Source: Octopus sinensis
Lineage: Eukaryota
Length of the DNA stretch: 64,000 bases
Assembly: GCF_006345805.1 (NCBI RefSeq)
Contig: NC_043012.1
Span: 36,270,001 to 36,334,000, forward strand
Direction of reading: 5' to 3'
The translations under genes were made by a program, and so were the position numbers. Shown here piece by piece: positions 1-13,878 of this stretch. Under the pieces are notes generated by a model. That model was not told where the DNA came from. It did no database searches and saw only the letters and a list, made by a program, of their open reading frames with translations. The first letter of the stretch is position 1. The number at the start of each line of letters is the position of its first letter.

Positions 1-797
1 GGGGTGGGGGTGAAATAAATTCGCTGTTTGATTACTACTACTACTACTTCTGCTCTTCTATGCATCACCCCCAAAGTTAGAAAAGTTGGCCTCCGTGGGA
101 TTTGAACTCATTGCATGTGGAGGGTCTGAATAAAACCCACCAAACATTCTGACTGACACTCTATCAACTCTGCTTGTTTATTGTCTTGTTTTGATGATGA
201 AGGTGTTGGTGGGGTCAGGGGTGGGGTCGGGGGTAATTTTTGTTTGTCTTTTATTCAACCTAGAAAAAAGATTGTACCTGGAGCTTCTTTAAGGTCATCC
301 TTGATTGGATAATGAAGGAAAGGTTAGTGGGGTTAGGGGTTTGTTTTGGGGACAGGTTTGTGGAATATAAACAGTGGGGAAGAAAGGGTTTAGTTCCAGA
401 AGGGATGTAACTTTAGAGTGTTTAAAATTAATTCAGAGAAATTAGATCTGGCAGGTTTGTTGTTGGTCTTTGGTCTTAATTTGGCCCTGATTGATACACC
501 TGTTACCAAAGACATCCCATCTTTTATTCAGACATAGCATGTCTAGGACCCTAGAACTAAACTATGAAAAAATATTTGTTTTGTTTAATCAAGATGAGTA
601 AAGTGTGTTATATCTAACAGATTAAATTATAAGATAGGGGCTGCCCTCGTTAACTCGAGTTGTGGATTTCAAACTGGCGCCAAAAAGCCAGCAGAGCTAA
701 CCATTACAGTATCTGTCCTTAAAATCACCGTTGCGTGTATTTAATATGTTGTTGCTGTTGCTGTTGAATTCATGTGAAATATTTGTTTGCTGTTTAG

Positions 798-920
798 TTG
801 AATCGGTGGGCTCAGTCAAAGCAGTTACCTGGTTTATTTACTGGAAGTACTGGGGCCAAAGTGATGACGCTTGAGGAGTTAAATGGACCTGACAAAAAAT
901 TACAAGCTTGGGCGAAAAAG
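798..920 (+). CDS. SON: SON exon (pre-G-patch)
   Basis: tttag|TTG...AAG|gtgag; 41 codons LNRWAQ...QAWAKK; phase 0/0. Confidence 0.9.
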
Positions 921-3900
921 GTGAGAATTATTCCATTTTGCATTTCTGTTTTACTTTGATAAAATGTTATTTTGTTACTTCATCTAGCTTTTGTCTTTTC
1001 ACTAATTTACTAATTCTACATTTTATATGGGCTCTTAGCTTCATGGTTACTCCTGCATTTATCTATTCCTATACATGTATACGCGAAGGAGTGTGGCCTG
1101 GTGGTTAGGTTGTTGCACTCATGATCACTACATTGTGGATTCAATTCCTTTATTGGGCGGTGCGTTGTGTTTTTAAGCAAAACACTTCCTTTCACTTTAC
1201 ATTGCTCCAGCCCCCCTTTCAATCAAGGGGGGAGTGTTGCCTGCTTGTCTGGCCAGTGAGGTGGCATCATTCGATGGCTAAAACAATGTAAAAGCACATT
1301 GTGGCCGGCAATGTTTAACATCTGACGGCCTAGTTCAACTGGGGTCTGGTAAGCCATGGAGGCTGCACCAGGCTCTAGTCTGATTTGGCAGTGTTTCTAC
1401 AGCTGGATGCCCTCCCTAACGCCAACCACTCCGTGAGTGTAGTGGGATTTTTTTTACGTGCCATCGGCACAGGGGCCAGAGCAGGCTGGCAAACGGCCAC
1501 GATCGGTTGGTGCTTTTACGTGTCACCAACATGGACTCCAGTCAGGCGGCGCTGGCATCTACCATATATATATATATATATTTCTGATATGATACTTCTG
1601 AATTGGGAAATTAGAAATATTAGCTACCCTTTCCTTGCTACTTCCCTTATAATATTTAGTTTCCACATATATCATTAAAATGATGATATATATAATATAT
1701 ACACCTCTCGTTTATTACTGGGAATGGTGTCTGCTTTGAGGTCCATTAACAAATATATTGCTGTAATATATACAAGTATACAGTATTTAATAGACATGTA
1801 TGTTGACCAGTTAGTGTGTGTGTGTGTGTGTGTCTGTTGTGTATTGAGCGTCCATCAGTTGTTGACCCACTAATGTCCATGCTGTGTGGTGTTGTTCATT
1901 CCAGCAACAAATAATCAATGCTGCTCCTGTGAAAGGTGGCATTGGTATGCACTTACTACAGAAGATGGGTTGGCGCGAAGGGGAAGGACTCGGCAAGAAC
2001 AGCAAAGGACCGACAGAGCCCATCATTGTCAATGTGAAAATTGACCGCAAAGGTAAGAAGTGTGGCCGTGATTTTTGGTGTGTGGAAGTAGGTGGGTGAT
2101 GTGGAAGTGGGTGGGTGATGTACCTCGGGTGTTGAGGGTATTTGACATAGATGTCATATTGTTGTGGAGGAAATAGTTGATGTAAGTGGTGGTGGAGTGG
2201 AGATTTTCTGTTGCTGGGGGGGGGGGGGGTGATGTAGTGCGGATGTTGGGATGTTGTTTAAGGGGAGTTGATATAACTGGGTTGTGGTATTTGCAGGGAG
2301 GGGTTAATTGACAGGGCTGAGTGTGGAGTGTGTAGCTGGGGGTGTTTTGAGGCGGCAGGGAGGTGGGGTATGCTGGCATGTCGTGTCCATGATGCTACAA
2401 ACCTGTCCCTTTCTACTCCTTTAGGTCTCACATCACATGGTGAAGATCCAAAGAAATCTCAAGCTGTAGAACTGGCTAAACACATTTCAGGTATTTATGC
2501 TTTTTATTTTTCTTTACTTACCACTTTGACTGACTGACTGACCACCTGGCTGGATGGACTGCGGTCTCACTGGCCACCTGGCTGGATGGACTGTGGTCTC
2601 ACTGGCCACCTGGCTGGATGGACTGTGGTCTCACTGGCCACCTGGCTGGATGGACTGCGGTCTCACTGGCCACCTGGCTGGATGGACTGTGGTCTCACTG
2701 GCCACCTGGCTGGATGGACTGTGGTCTCACTTGCCACCTGGCTGGATGGACTGTGGTCTCACTGGCCACCTGGCTGGATGGACTGTGGTCTCACTGGCCA
2801 CCTGGCTGGATGGACTGTGGTCTCACTGGCCACCTGGCTGGATGGACTGTGGTCTCACTGGCCACCTGGCTGGATGGACTGTGGTCTCACTGGCCACCTG
2901 GCTGGATGGACTGTGGTCTCACTGGCCACCTGGCTGGATGGACTGTGGTCTCACTGGCCACCTGGCTGGATGGACTGTGGTCTCACTTGCCACCTGGCTG
3001 GATGACTGTGGTCTCACTGGCCACCTGCTGGATGGACTGTGGTCTCACTGGCACCTGGCTGGATGGACTGCGGTCTCACTGGCCACCTGGCTGGATGGAC
3101 TGTGGTCTCACTGGCCACCTGGCTGGATGGACTGTGGTCTCACTTGCCACCTGGCTGGATGGACTGTGGTCTCACTGGCCACCTGGCTGGATGGACTGTG
3201 GTCTCACTGGCCACCTGGCTGGATGGACTGTGGTCTCACTGGCCACCTGGCTGGATGGACTGTGGTCTCACTGGCCACCTGGCTGGATGGACTGTGGTCT
3301 CACTGGCCACCTGGCTGGATGGACTGTGGTCTCACTGGCCACCTGGCTGGATGGACTGTGGTCTCACTGGCCACCTGGCTGGATGGACTGTGGTCTCACT
3401 GCCACCTGGCTGGATGGACTGTGGTCTCACTGGCCACCTGGCTGGATGGACTGTGGTCTCACTGGCCACCTGGCTGGATGGACTGTGGTCTCACTGGCCA
3501 CCTGGCTGGATGGACTGTGGTCTCACTGGCCACCTGGCTGGATGGACTGTGGTCTCACTGGCCACCTGGCTGGATGGACTGTGGTCTCACTGGCCACCTG
3601 GCTGGATGGACTGTGGTCTCACTGGCCACCTGGCTGGATGGACTGTGGTCTCACTGGCCACCTGGCTGGATGGACTGTGGTCTCACTGGCCACCTGGCTG
3701 GATGAATCCACCTCACTGACCATTTGGCTGAACTTGACAATGTTCTTTTGATTATATATGTAAGGCATCAATACAATACACACACATACACTCGTGTACA
3801 ATTACCTATCCAACAATGTCGCCAACAAACCGTTATAAACATCTCAAGTTTATGCATTCCTTCACACACGGATTTCCAGGAGTTGTGGCATTTTGCTGCA

Positions 3901-6900
3901 CTTGAGATGTGCCAAGCTAAGTAAACTCGCCGTCACCCATAGATATAAAGGCTTGTCCTTTACAGGTGCCAGTGCCACATAAAATGCACTCATGCCAGTG
4001 GCGTGTATACTGCACCCAGCTCACTCTGTAAAGTGGTTGGCGTGTTAGGAAGGGTATCCCAGCCAGAGAAACCATGCCACAACAGACAATTGAAGTCTGG
4101 ACAGTTCCCAGGCTGACCCTCTCCAGTCAAACCGTCCAACCCATGCCAGCATGGAAAACATGTTAAATGATGATGATGATGATGATGATATCATTACCGT
4201 TTTACAAAAATGGCAGTGAGCTAGCCTAATTGTTGGTACACCAGATGAAATGCTTCTTTTAGCTGATTATGTTCTGAGTTCAAATTTTGCTGAAATCAAT
4301 TTTGATTTTTATCCTTTCAAGGTTGGTAAGATAAAGTACCAGCTGAATACTGAGGTTCATGTAATCGACTGACCCCTTCTCGCAAGACAATTTCTGACTT
4401 TATGTGAGAAAGAATTAAGTCTTGTCAAAGTCAACTTTTCCTGTCACCGTCCCATGGTCAATATAATTGACTAATTACTATCTTACCACTACCCCCACCC
4501 CCACCCGAAATTTGAAGCATAGAATGTATCTTGTTTCAGTCTTCAGACTGCAGCCATGCTGGGGCACCACCTTGATGAACTTTTAGTTGAGCAACTCGAC
4601 CTTTTTTCTTTGTAAAGCCTGGTACTTATTCTGTCAGTCTCTTTGCTGAACCGCTAAGTTACCAGGATGCAAACACACCAGCATCACTTGTCAGGTGGTC
4701 ATGGGGGACAGACACAGACATATGCACTCATCGATATAAATCTAAATTAAAGTAATCCCTCACCATTTCACAATTTATTATTTAAGTTTACGTTGATTCC
4801 TTCTTGGTGTTGTTTTGCATTTATAATAAAACTAGCAGTATCGCCTGGCGTTGCTCGGGTTTGTAAGGGAAATAACTATATAAGCATTTTTAGAGATGTA
4901 AAGTATAATAGCCATCTCAATATGGCTAACCACAAAGGGGGGTGTTACTGTAGCTTTTTACGTTCTGAGATTTAATAATACATTTTTAGAGAGTTACTTC
5001 CCTTATATAATAGCAGAAAAATTCATTACAAATGGGAAAAAATGATGGTAAATATTTTTTTAAATCGTAGACGCGCGCTAATACCCAGAAGGGCTCGATA
5101 TGAATCACGACTATAAGATACCCACTTTTGGTTACACTGCACTGCAAAATGTGGGAGTAGTTAGGAATCTAAATCGTAGGAGACAGACACACAACTTGAC
5201 TTTTATATATAAAGATAAATATATACAAATCATAAAATTAATAAAAAAATATACAGTACTGTTTCTACTTCACGGATTTTCACCTATTTGCAGTGGGGGT
5301 GGGGGGTGGAACATAGCACTTGCAATAGTCGAGAGATTACTGTATATACACTGCAGGCTTCTTTCAGTTTCCATCTACCAAATTCACTCACAAGACTTTG
5401 GTTTACCCAAGACACTTGCCTAAAGTATCATGCAGTGGGCCTGAACCCAGAACCGTGTGATTGGGAAGCAAACTTCTTACCACACAGCCACACCTGTGCC
5501 TATATTAAGTAATGCGATAAATATTGGACAGGTGTTGATCGGATTCCGCTCCTCTTCCTCTTCTTCCAAAATTTGTTGCTTTTTACAATTGTCTCACTTT
5601 TTTTTTCCCTATTTCTGTATTTTTTTAAAATTCAAGCTAAAATTAATGAAATGTGTTTGTTATCGTCAGGTAAACATCCTGTCTCTGCTTTGGTTGAACT
5701 AAGCAACAAATTAAAGTGGGGTGCTCCGATATTCCAGCAGATTGAAGAGAGGGGCCCCGACCACAAAAAGACTTTTAAATACAAGGTAAGCATCCTCCTT
5801 ATATTCACTACCATCACCACCACCCACCCTACCACATCATCATCATCATCATCAACCGTGCATATACATAAATCTATTTCTGTGTTCCCTTTTAGGGTAT
5901 ACGAAATCTCTACTAACCCCCTCCTCCCCATCCACCAATTTTTCTATTTATATTTCTTCGTTTCTTCTGTTGATTAATATTCACGGAACTTTAACAAAAT
6001 CCCTCTCCCTCCCTCCCTCTCTCTCGCGAACACACTCTCTGCTCCTATTTGCTCTGTGATCTATCAGGGGGTACCCCTATTTGTCACTCAGCCTGCTAGA
6101 AATAGCAGCCAAATCTCAATTCACATCCTATTGTCTTGAGAAAAAAGCAAACCATTCAGCAATGTTTTCTTAGATACACTATCTAAATAATGATGGATGG
6201 TCATTGCTGGAATACCTTTGATCATAGGTCCGATGAAACAGGACTGACTTGTGACTGAACAACAACAACAATGACACATTGTATAATATAGTCTTAGATA
6301 CACAATGTCTAAATAAGAGAGAATAGTCACAGCTGGAACATCTTTGATCCTAGATCTCCTGGATCAGGACTGACCTGGGGCTAAACCACACCATTACCAA
6401 CGCCATCTGTTTCCTTGTGTTCAGTTTGCTGCCAATCATCTAAATCTGTGCTATTTTGTAATTACCATATTTGCTGCTGGTGTTGAACCCTGCCTCCCCT
6501 GTTTTATAAGTATATTTTGTGGAAAAGTTCTGTTTCATTATACACTTAGTGAAAGACATTTAAGTTTTGTGGGGGGAAAAGGTGTGATTTTGTGCTGTAA
6601 ATACAATACTCTGACAGTTTACTGGAATAAAGTATGAAACCATACATTTATCATTAGTAAACTACATCAACACAAGTTCCGTATTTCAATTTTCACCTTG
6701 TTTTAAATCCCCCGTACAGGTGATAATATTTTGGCCAAGAGAATTGTCACACAGGATGTAAAAGCCTTTATTTCTGGCCATGTCCCGTGTGGGGTTTGCT
6801 GTTAAACCATTCATTACAAATAGGTGATCAAGGGATGAGAATTTAACATTCCTTTCATCTTTCTAGGAGAATTTTTCAATTAGTTTTCTAAAGGCAACAC

Positions 6901-7715
6901 AGGTATTAAATAATGTAAGATGCATATCAGGTGTGGCTTTTATATATGCTGGAGATGGAGGTATAATGAGATGATGTGGCTTCCCCACATAAATTATTGA
7001 CATACTAAGCAATTTTTCATGACTTAAGGGTAAAAGGATTAAGACCCCTTCTGGTCGTGAATGACCATCGGATTGCACCTAGAAAGTTCCCCTCCAAGGT
7101 ACAAGTCCAGGCAAGGTTGTTTTCTGGAAGGCCAGCAACCACCCATGCATACCAGCACCCCACTCTCCACACCACCAATGTTATCCAAGGGAAAGGCAAA
7201 GGGGCCGATACAGCTTGGCACCAGTTGGGTGAACTGGAGCAACATGAAATGAAATGTCTTGCTCAAGAATACAGCACACACAGCCTGGTACGGGAATCGA
7301 ACTCACAGCCTCATGATTGTGAGCTTGATGCTCTAGCTACTGGGCCATGCAGCTTCAAGTTAGCACTAACAGGTTATTTTATTATTGTGCCTAGTGGACC
7401 CGTGGCCGTCCAGCACCTTAATCTATAAAACTCCGTCTCCCATCTGCAATGGACTCAGGACAATCTTTTGATACATTAAAAAACATAAAAAAAGCCCATC
7501 TTGTATTAACCAGCAAACCATGCTAAAACCACTTTCTGTTGTTTCGTGATAGTAAAACCGTTTTCCTTTTTGTATTCTTCTTCTTTCAGGTTTCTGTCAA
7601 CAACATCACATACCAACCGACCACTTCGAGCAACAGCAAGAAGACAGGCCGTGCCAAAGCCGCTATTGTTTGTCTTCACAATCTCGGCTTGCTGCCCAAA
7701 GAATTCTCAGTATAA
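798..7715 (+). CDS. SON: SON DNA/RNA-binding splicing cofactor homolog, 3' part (5 exons: 798-920, 1905-2052, 2425-2490, 5670-5785, 7590-7715); 5' exons lie upstream of the window
   Basis: The spliced frame reads LNRWAQSKQLPGLFTGSTGAKVMTLEELNGPDKKLQAWAKK-QQIINAAPVKGGIGMHLLQKMGWREGEGLGKNSKGPTEPIIVNVKIDRKG-...-GKHPVSALVELSNKLKWGAPIFQQIEERGPDHKKTFKYK-VSVNNITYQPTTSSNSKKTGRAKAAIVCLHNLGLLPKEFSV*. This matches the recalled SON C-terminus (PGQFTGSTG, G-patch MGWREGEGLGK, dsRBD GKHPVSAL). All introns are GT-AG with consistent phases. Confidence 0.93.
1905..2052 (+). CDS. SON: SON exon, G-patch domain
   Basis: ttccag|CAA...AAAG|gtaag; KMGWREGEGLGKNSKG. Confidence 0.95.
2425..2490 (+). CDS. SON: SON linker exon
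   Basis: tttag|GT...TCAG|gtattt; GLTSHGEDPKKSQAVELAKHISG; phase 1/1. Confidence 0.85.
2542..3704. repeat. 32-bp GC-rich minisatellite, ~36 copies, in SON intron
   Basis: Unit ccacctggctggatggactgtggtctcactgg, nearly invariant. Confidence 0.97.
4831..5216 (+). mobile_element. Non-autonomous Helentron/HINE(DINE-1)-like element, copy 1
   Basis: Starts ACTAGCAGTATCGCCTGGCGTTGCTCGGG (hairpin) and ends cacacaacttgacttttatatataaagat. An inverted homologous copy lies at 10253-10640. The class is assigned from terminal architecture only. Confidence 0.6.
5670..5785 (+). CDS. SON: SON exon, dsRBD N-terminal half
   Basis: gtcag|GT...AAG|gtaag; GKHPVSALVELSNKLKWGAPIF...GPDHKKTFKYK. Confidence 0.93.
7590..7715 (+). 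CDS. SON: SON terminal coding exon, dsRBD C-terminal half
   Basis: ttctttcag|GTT...TAA; VSVNNITYQPTTSSNSKKTGRAKAAIVCLHNLGLLP; dsRBD KKxxxxxAA helix. Confidence 0.9.
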   Translation, partial: VSVNNITYQPTTSSNSKKTGRAKAAIVCLHNLGLLPKEFSV

Positions 7716-8660
7716 TAGTCTCCTTAGATCTATCCCCCACCCCCCACAACTCCAACTCCAACTTTCTTATTTTCCATGCAAAAAATGTTTCAGTTATTTC
7801 TTTCTGTTTGTTAAACTACAAGAACAGCAACAAACTGCTATTACTACTTCTACTACTACTACGACAACAGTAACAAGAACAATAATATAGCTGAGCTGAT
7901 TACAACACTACCACCACCACCACCACTACCACCACCACCACCACCATCTGACAGTAATCTTCCTTTCCGTATGATTTTAGGGGTTTTTTTTTTCTTTCTC
8001 CTTCTCCTGTTAATTACTTCACCGCATTTAGTAACCTTGGTGAAGGGACTCAGTTGGTATATATTTATATATAAATATATATATATATACACACACATAT
8101 ATTCACACACATATATACTTGCACATATATACAATATACATGTATTTGCAGACAGACAGACAGACAGACATATATGTATATATATTCACACATATTTACA
8201 TGTAACACGTATATGTGTGTGTGTGTGAAATAGATGTGTGTGTTCATGTATAAGTGTGTGTGTGTATGTGTGTGTGTGTATATATATATGTATGTATATA
8301 TATTTGAGAGTTAGAAACAAATTTTGTATTTAATTACACAAAAACATTGAAAAGTCTTTAAATATTTCTTTTGTTTCTTTGTTTACATTTTTTTTTCTTT
8401 TCATTTGAAACCATAAAAAAAAAGGAAAAAAAAACCAAAACATGCCCACCCCCCACAAAAATTGGATTTTGACAAGTCACCGTTTCCTCTAGTTTAAATC
8501 TGAGAGCTTGACCTATTCTGTGGAGATTTAAGCTGTAGTTGATCACTTGCAACTCTAAGCACCAAACGATGATCATGCAAGAAAAGACGTAATTTCACAA
8601 CAAAAAACTATATTGTATTCGCTTGTGTTTTTTTTTTATTTATAAATGTCCTCTGGTTGA

Positions 8661-8666
8661 AATAAA
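8661..8666 (+). promoter_or_regulatory. Putative SON polyadenylation signal
   Basis: AATAAA ~950 nt after the stop, at the end of a U/A-rich stretch and just before SINE sequence begins; positional evidence only. Confidence 0.4.
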
Positions 8667-10252
8667 ATCTATGCTTATATAATTATAGACACTCAATTGC
8701 TTTCATTTTTTACTTCTCTGCGTTGCGTGGTAAGAGGTTTGTTCCTCAACCACATCGGTCGAGAGTCAGTTCCACTGCATGGACCCTTGGCCAACTGTTT
8801 TACAGCCACGGAGGCTTGTGAGTGGGTTTGGTGGACAGAAACTGAGAGAAGCCCATTGTGTGTGTGTGTGTGTGTGAGAGACCTGTCGAGCCAAGTGAAA
8901 TCATAGTCCTGGCTGATGCTAGTGGCACGTAACTGACACCCGTGCTGTTGGCACGTAACTGACACTCGTGCTGGTGGCACATAACTGACACTTGTCCTGG
9001 TGGCACGTAACTGACACTCGTGCTGGTGGCATGTAAAAAGCACCCATTACACTCTTATGGTGGTTGGTATTCGTATCCAGCCATAGAAACTCTGCCAAAC
9101 CAGACTGGAGCCTGGTTCCACTCACTGACTTACCAGTTCCCCTCATGTGGAAAGCAGACGTTGAATGATGATGATGATGAATGGTGTTTGCCCTCCACTA
9201 CTGCTTTACAAATGGTGTTGGTTTGTTTATATTTGTGTAACTTGTGGTTCAGCAAAAAAAGGCTGATAGAGAAGGTCCCAGGCCTTAAAAAATAAGTACT
9301 AAACTCTTCGAGGCAGTACCCCAGCATGGCCAAGTCCGATGACTGAAACAAAAGAGAAAAATATTTCTTGAAATTCATTGTCCTCACTTGATGTGTCAGA
9401 GGTTTCTCTGCTGGCAGAGGTTGGACAGCTTGCCAGAGGACTGCACCAAGCTCCAGTCACTACTTTGGCTTGGTTTCTACTGCTGGGTGCCATTCCTAAC
9501 ATCAGCCTTTTTACAGAATGTACTGGTTGCTTTCTACGTGGCCCCATCACCAGTAAGGTTGCCAAATAACTTGTAAAACTTGAAGGCAACTGAGGGTGAG
9601 GCTTGTAGTATTGAGGGAGTGCCTTTCTGTGAGGTTAAGGCATGATAGAGGAAAGGAAACACATGTCTTACTGTAAGGGAGGCTCATGGTTACCCTTGTT
9701 GGAAACGATAAAGGATGATAAAAATGTATCAGAGCATTCCTGACTCCTCATCGTCATTCTGCTTTATCTGATTTCCATGCTGGTATAAGTTGCATGGACC
9801 ATCACAATCCAAGTCAGTTCTTACTCAGAATCACTGCTGACCAGCCAGAGATCAGAGAGCCACATCTTGTTCAGATGTTTCATGTTTGGCTTGGCTTATC
9901 TGGCTGGACATCCTTCATGTTGCCAACCATTACACACAACGTACTGAGTATGTTTTTCTCCTGGCACCAGCACTAAAAGAGGTCATTATGCCCTCAACAA
10001 GACGACACTTAAGACTCCTCGACATCTGGATTACAATCCATAAAACTGAATTCAGTAGCTTACAGACATTGAGTGGTTCCACAAGGTTTAGGTTCCTTTC
10101 ATTTTGTCTTCCAATATATTTACCCCCATGTAGGGCAGCGAGCTGGCAAAATTGTTAGCAGACATGGGTTGTGTTCCTCAGGATTGTTTTGTGTTGGGAA
10201 TTTGATTAATGAGAAGGTTAATAGTAGAAGATCGTTTTCATGTGCAGGAATA

Positions 10253-10640
10253 ATCTTTATATATAAAAGAGAAGTTGTGTGTCTGTCTCCTACGATTTAG
10301 ATTCCTAACTACTCCCACATTTTGCGGTGCAGTTTAACCAAAACCAGGTATCTTATAGTCGTGATTCATATCGAGCCCGTCTGGGTATTAGCGCGCGTCT
10401 ACGATGAGTCTACGATTTTAAAAATAATTTACCATCATTTTTTTCCATTTTAATGCATTTTTTCGCTCTTATATAAGGGAAGTAACTCTCTAAAAATGTC
10501 TACGATGAGTCAACGATTTTACCATCATTTTTTTTCCATTTTTAATGCATTTTTTTGCTATTTTTTGGCTATAACTTTCTAAAAATGCTTTATAGTTATT
10601 TCCCTTACAAACCCGAGCAACGCCGGGCGATACTGCTAGT
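10253..10640 (-). mobile_element. Helentron/HINE-like element, copy 2
   Basis: Reverse-complement homology to 4831-5216 at both termini, with an internal duplication (ctacgatgagtc...accatcattt twice). Confidence 0.6.
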
Positions 10641-11349
10641 TAATTATAATCCTATGATGAGGTTACTATTACTTGTATTATGTATTTGTAACATAGGAGT
10701 TCCTTCTTTAATGTTCAGAGTTCAAATCCCACTGAGGCCGACTTTGCCTTTTATCCCTTTTGGTTTTTACAAAATAAGTACCAGCTGAGCATTGGGGGGG
10801 TCAATGTGACTTAACCCCTCCCCTAAAATTGCTGACCTTGTGTCAAAATTTAGATGCAATATGCTTATCCCTTATCAAATTTGTTCCTCTCTCATCTGTT
10901 TTTTCTTTTTGTTTTTTTTTTATTTGATAAGACTTGACCGTGAAAGGACAATTTGATTATATATAGGCGACTGTCTGCATGCTTTTCGTTTAGGCCCAAA
11001 TCGATCTATTTAAGATCAAAGACACTCTCGCCAAACCTTCCTGTCTATTATTACTCCAAACTGTGTATCTAAAGCCATTTAACAGTGGTGTCCTATTCCC
11101 AAAATGCTTGTATCTGATATAAAGGAGATTTGGCTATTCATAAAAAACCACACAGTCCCACATTGGTTCAGTCTAATCAGTAACAGATAACCAGATCAAT
11201 GTGGTTTAATCTCGGACCAAATTCCTCCTAGCTGTCCGTAATATGGACGAGAACTGACAGGGGAGATAACGTTTGAAGTATGAGTTACTTCCCTTGGATT
11301 ATGGTTTTCACTCCAAATGTTTTCCTTTCATAATTTTATTGATATCCAA

Positions 11350-11560
11350 GGCGGAGAGCTGGCAAAGTCGTTAGCACGCTGGACGATATGCTTGCCGGTA
11401 TTTCGCCCGTCGCTACGTTCTGAGTTCAAATTCCGCCGTGGTATTTTCCTTTCATCCTTTCGGGGTCGATAACTTAAGTTCCAATAAAATTCTGAGGTGG
11501 ATGTAATCGACTAGTGCCCCTCCCCCCAAAACTTCAGGTCCTGTGCCTATAATATAAAGG
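11350..11560 (+). mobile_element. tRNA-derived SINE, family B (ggcggagagctggc...gagttcaaattccgcc...ggggtcgat). Other copies: ~4210-4400, 21450-21600, 33640-33840(-), 33940-34140(-), 62000-62220(-)
   Basis: B-box GAGTTCAAAT and recurring dispersed homology. Confidence 0.75.
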
Positions 11561-11821
11561 GTAATTCTATTGATATCTAGAATGTGTTGGTAGGTCTATA
11601 CCGTATGAGTCTGGCCAGTATTTCGCTGATGCTTTAACAGCTTCGAAGAGAGGAACATTAAAGTCGGATTCCGAACGTAAAGAGTTCTGAATAAATCCTC
11701 AATGCATGTATACGATGTGCCAACGACTTTGTACCTTTGTAGCGTTTAGATGAAGGTTGGCAAGGTTACGGGTGGATATTCACGAAACCTAGTTTTTATT
11801 AGCTCTGTGGTAAGAAGTTTG

Positions 11822-11864
<43 letters not shown>

Positions 11865-12487
11865 TTAAAATGAGGGTGAGAAATTAGATATTAATTTAAT
11901 TAACATCGATTTCACACCAGTGGTCTAGCAGAACATTTCTTAGTGGTAAGACCATAGCGGATCTATTTCTAGCATAAGGGTGTCCACATAGTGACTTCCT
12001 CTAATATGTGTATATATATATATATAATTCAGTTGGAGGTTATGTTGGGCTCTTAAACGAATGGTGTCATCCGAGGAAATACTGGTTCGATACCTAATAC
12101 TTTGGGGGAATTGATTTTCCTTAAAATAATAGATTTGTATATGAACTGTAGTTTATATTCAAGCAAAAGAAAAAAAGAAGAAAATGGAGATTTTGAATTT
12201 AATATTCAATTAACTTCACTGTGCTTAATTGAGACAGGTGTAAGGGATAATGATATCGCTTTGTTGCTAATCAGAAATTCTTAACTTCAAAATCTCCATT
12301 TTCTTTGCGGCCCATGCTGGAGCACCGCCTTTAGTCGAGCAAATCGACCCCCAGAACTTATTCTTTATAAGCTTTGCACTTATTCTATCGGTCTCTTTTG
12401 CCGAACTGCTAAGTTACGGGGACCGTAAACACACCAACACCGGTTGTCAAGCGATGGTGGGGGGACAAGCACAGACACACACACAAA

Positions 12488-12543
<56 letters not shown>

Positions 12544-12866
12544 GTATGTATGTATGACGGGCTTCTTTCAGTTTCCGTCCACCAAATCCACTCACAAGGC
12601 TTTGGTCGGCCCGAGGCTATAGTAGAAGATACCTTCCCAAGGTGCCACGTAGTAGAACTGAACCTGAAACTATATATATATATATATATAAATTTTTTTT
12701 ATTATATTAAATTAGAGATAAAACCACTATTAGGCAAATCAAACAGTGAAAATCATAAGCCAATACATAGAAGTAAAATTAATTTTAAAAAATATAAAAT
12801 TCCAAATTAAAATATTTAAATTAAAGTTAAAATTTAAAAAATTATTTAAATAATTTAAACTTATAA

Positions 12867-12933
<67 letters not shown>

Positions 12934-13878
12934 TATTATTATTATTTTATTTTATTTTATTTATTTATCTTTTTTTATTTTATTTAATTTTTTTTTTAAT
13001 ATTTAACTATCAAAAAGTATTAAAAGTTTAGACTCAACCTACTTTGCTTTGCCGTTTCTATGTATTCTGGGACTTATCTAACCCAAGGGTTCAGCCGAAT
13101 GAAACTCAGGCTATGATACGAGAACTCATCGCTATTACATTTTTTGCCGTCGTTATATGTGTTTGTGTGTGTGTAATATCGTGTGTACACGTCATTTCTC
13201 AACTTTGTTACTTTTAGGAAATGTATCCATGACGACGGAATCGCAGCATAAAAATATCTTTATTAATCTTGGATTTTTACTTTCATTGATGTTTTCTCAC
13301 TTTATTTTATTTCTTTTTTTCCTCAAACCAAACAAATTATAATTCTTATCATTGAATGGAACCCTTAGCAACCTCTTCGAGACCTAGGATTCTGAGATAC
13401 CTCATTTGGGAAACCCTAGTGGCGATCCTTCGGTATAGGTCTCCTGACTATCGGTATTAAGAGACAATGGTCATTCAGCCAAGCTTCTTTATCTATATCA
13501 TGAAAGAAGGTTGTGTGGATGAATAATGTCGTCTACTAATACCGAAGGATTGCCACACTAGTTTTATCGCGTTTAATTCTATATTGACTCAAATATTCCC
13601 ACGATGTGTTCCTGGGACGTGTATAATGAGGTGCTTTATTATGACATGTTACAAAGTAAATTCAAGATGGAACATTCCAGCAATTACTCCAACCACCTGT
13701 GGAACGCTTGTTAACTCCCCGCCGGATTCGGACTATTTTCAAACAGGAAGGATATTTTAGGAGTGACAAATGTTCTCCCAAAATCACCAATTCTTCCTAA
13801 ATGACATTTGCGTGTTTGTGAAGAGAGAAGAGACAGAGACAGAGCTTATTGTCAAGGGAGATAACCGAGGAAGATTTT

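Noticed and set aside
2554-3751. Long ORFs of 139-383 aa (MDCGLTGHLAGW...)
   Set aside because: Translations of the 32-bp minisatellite in all three frames; intronic, with no splice or domain support.
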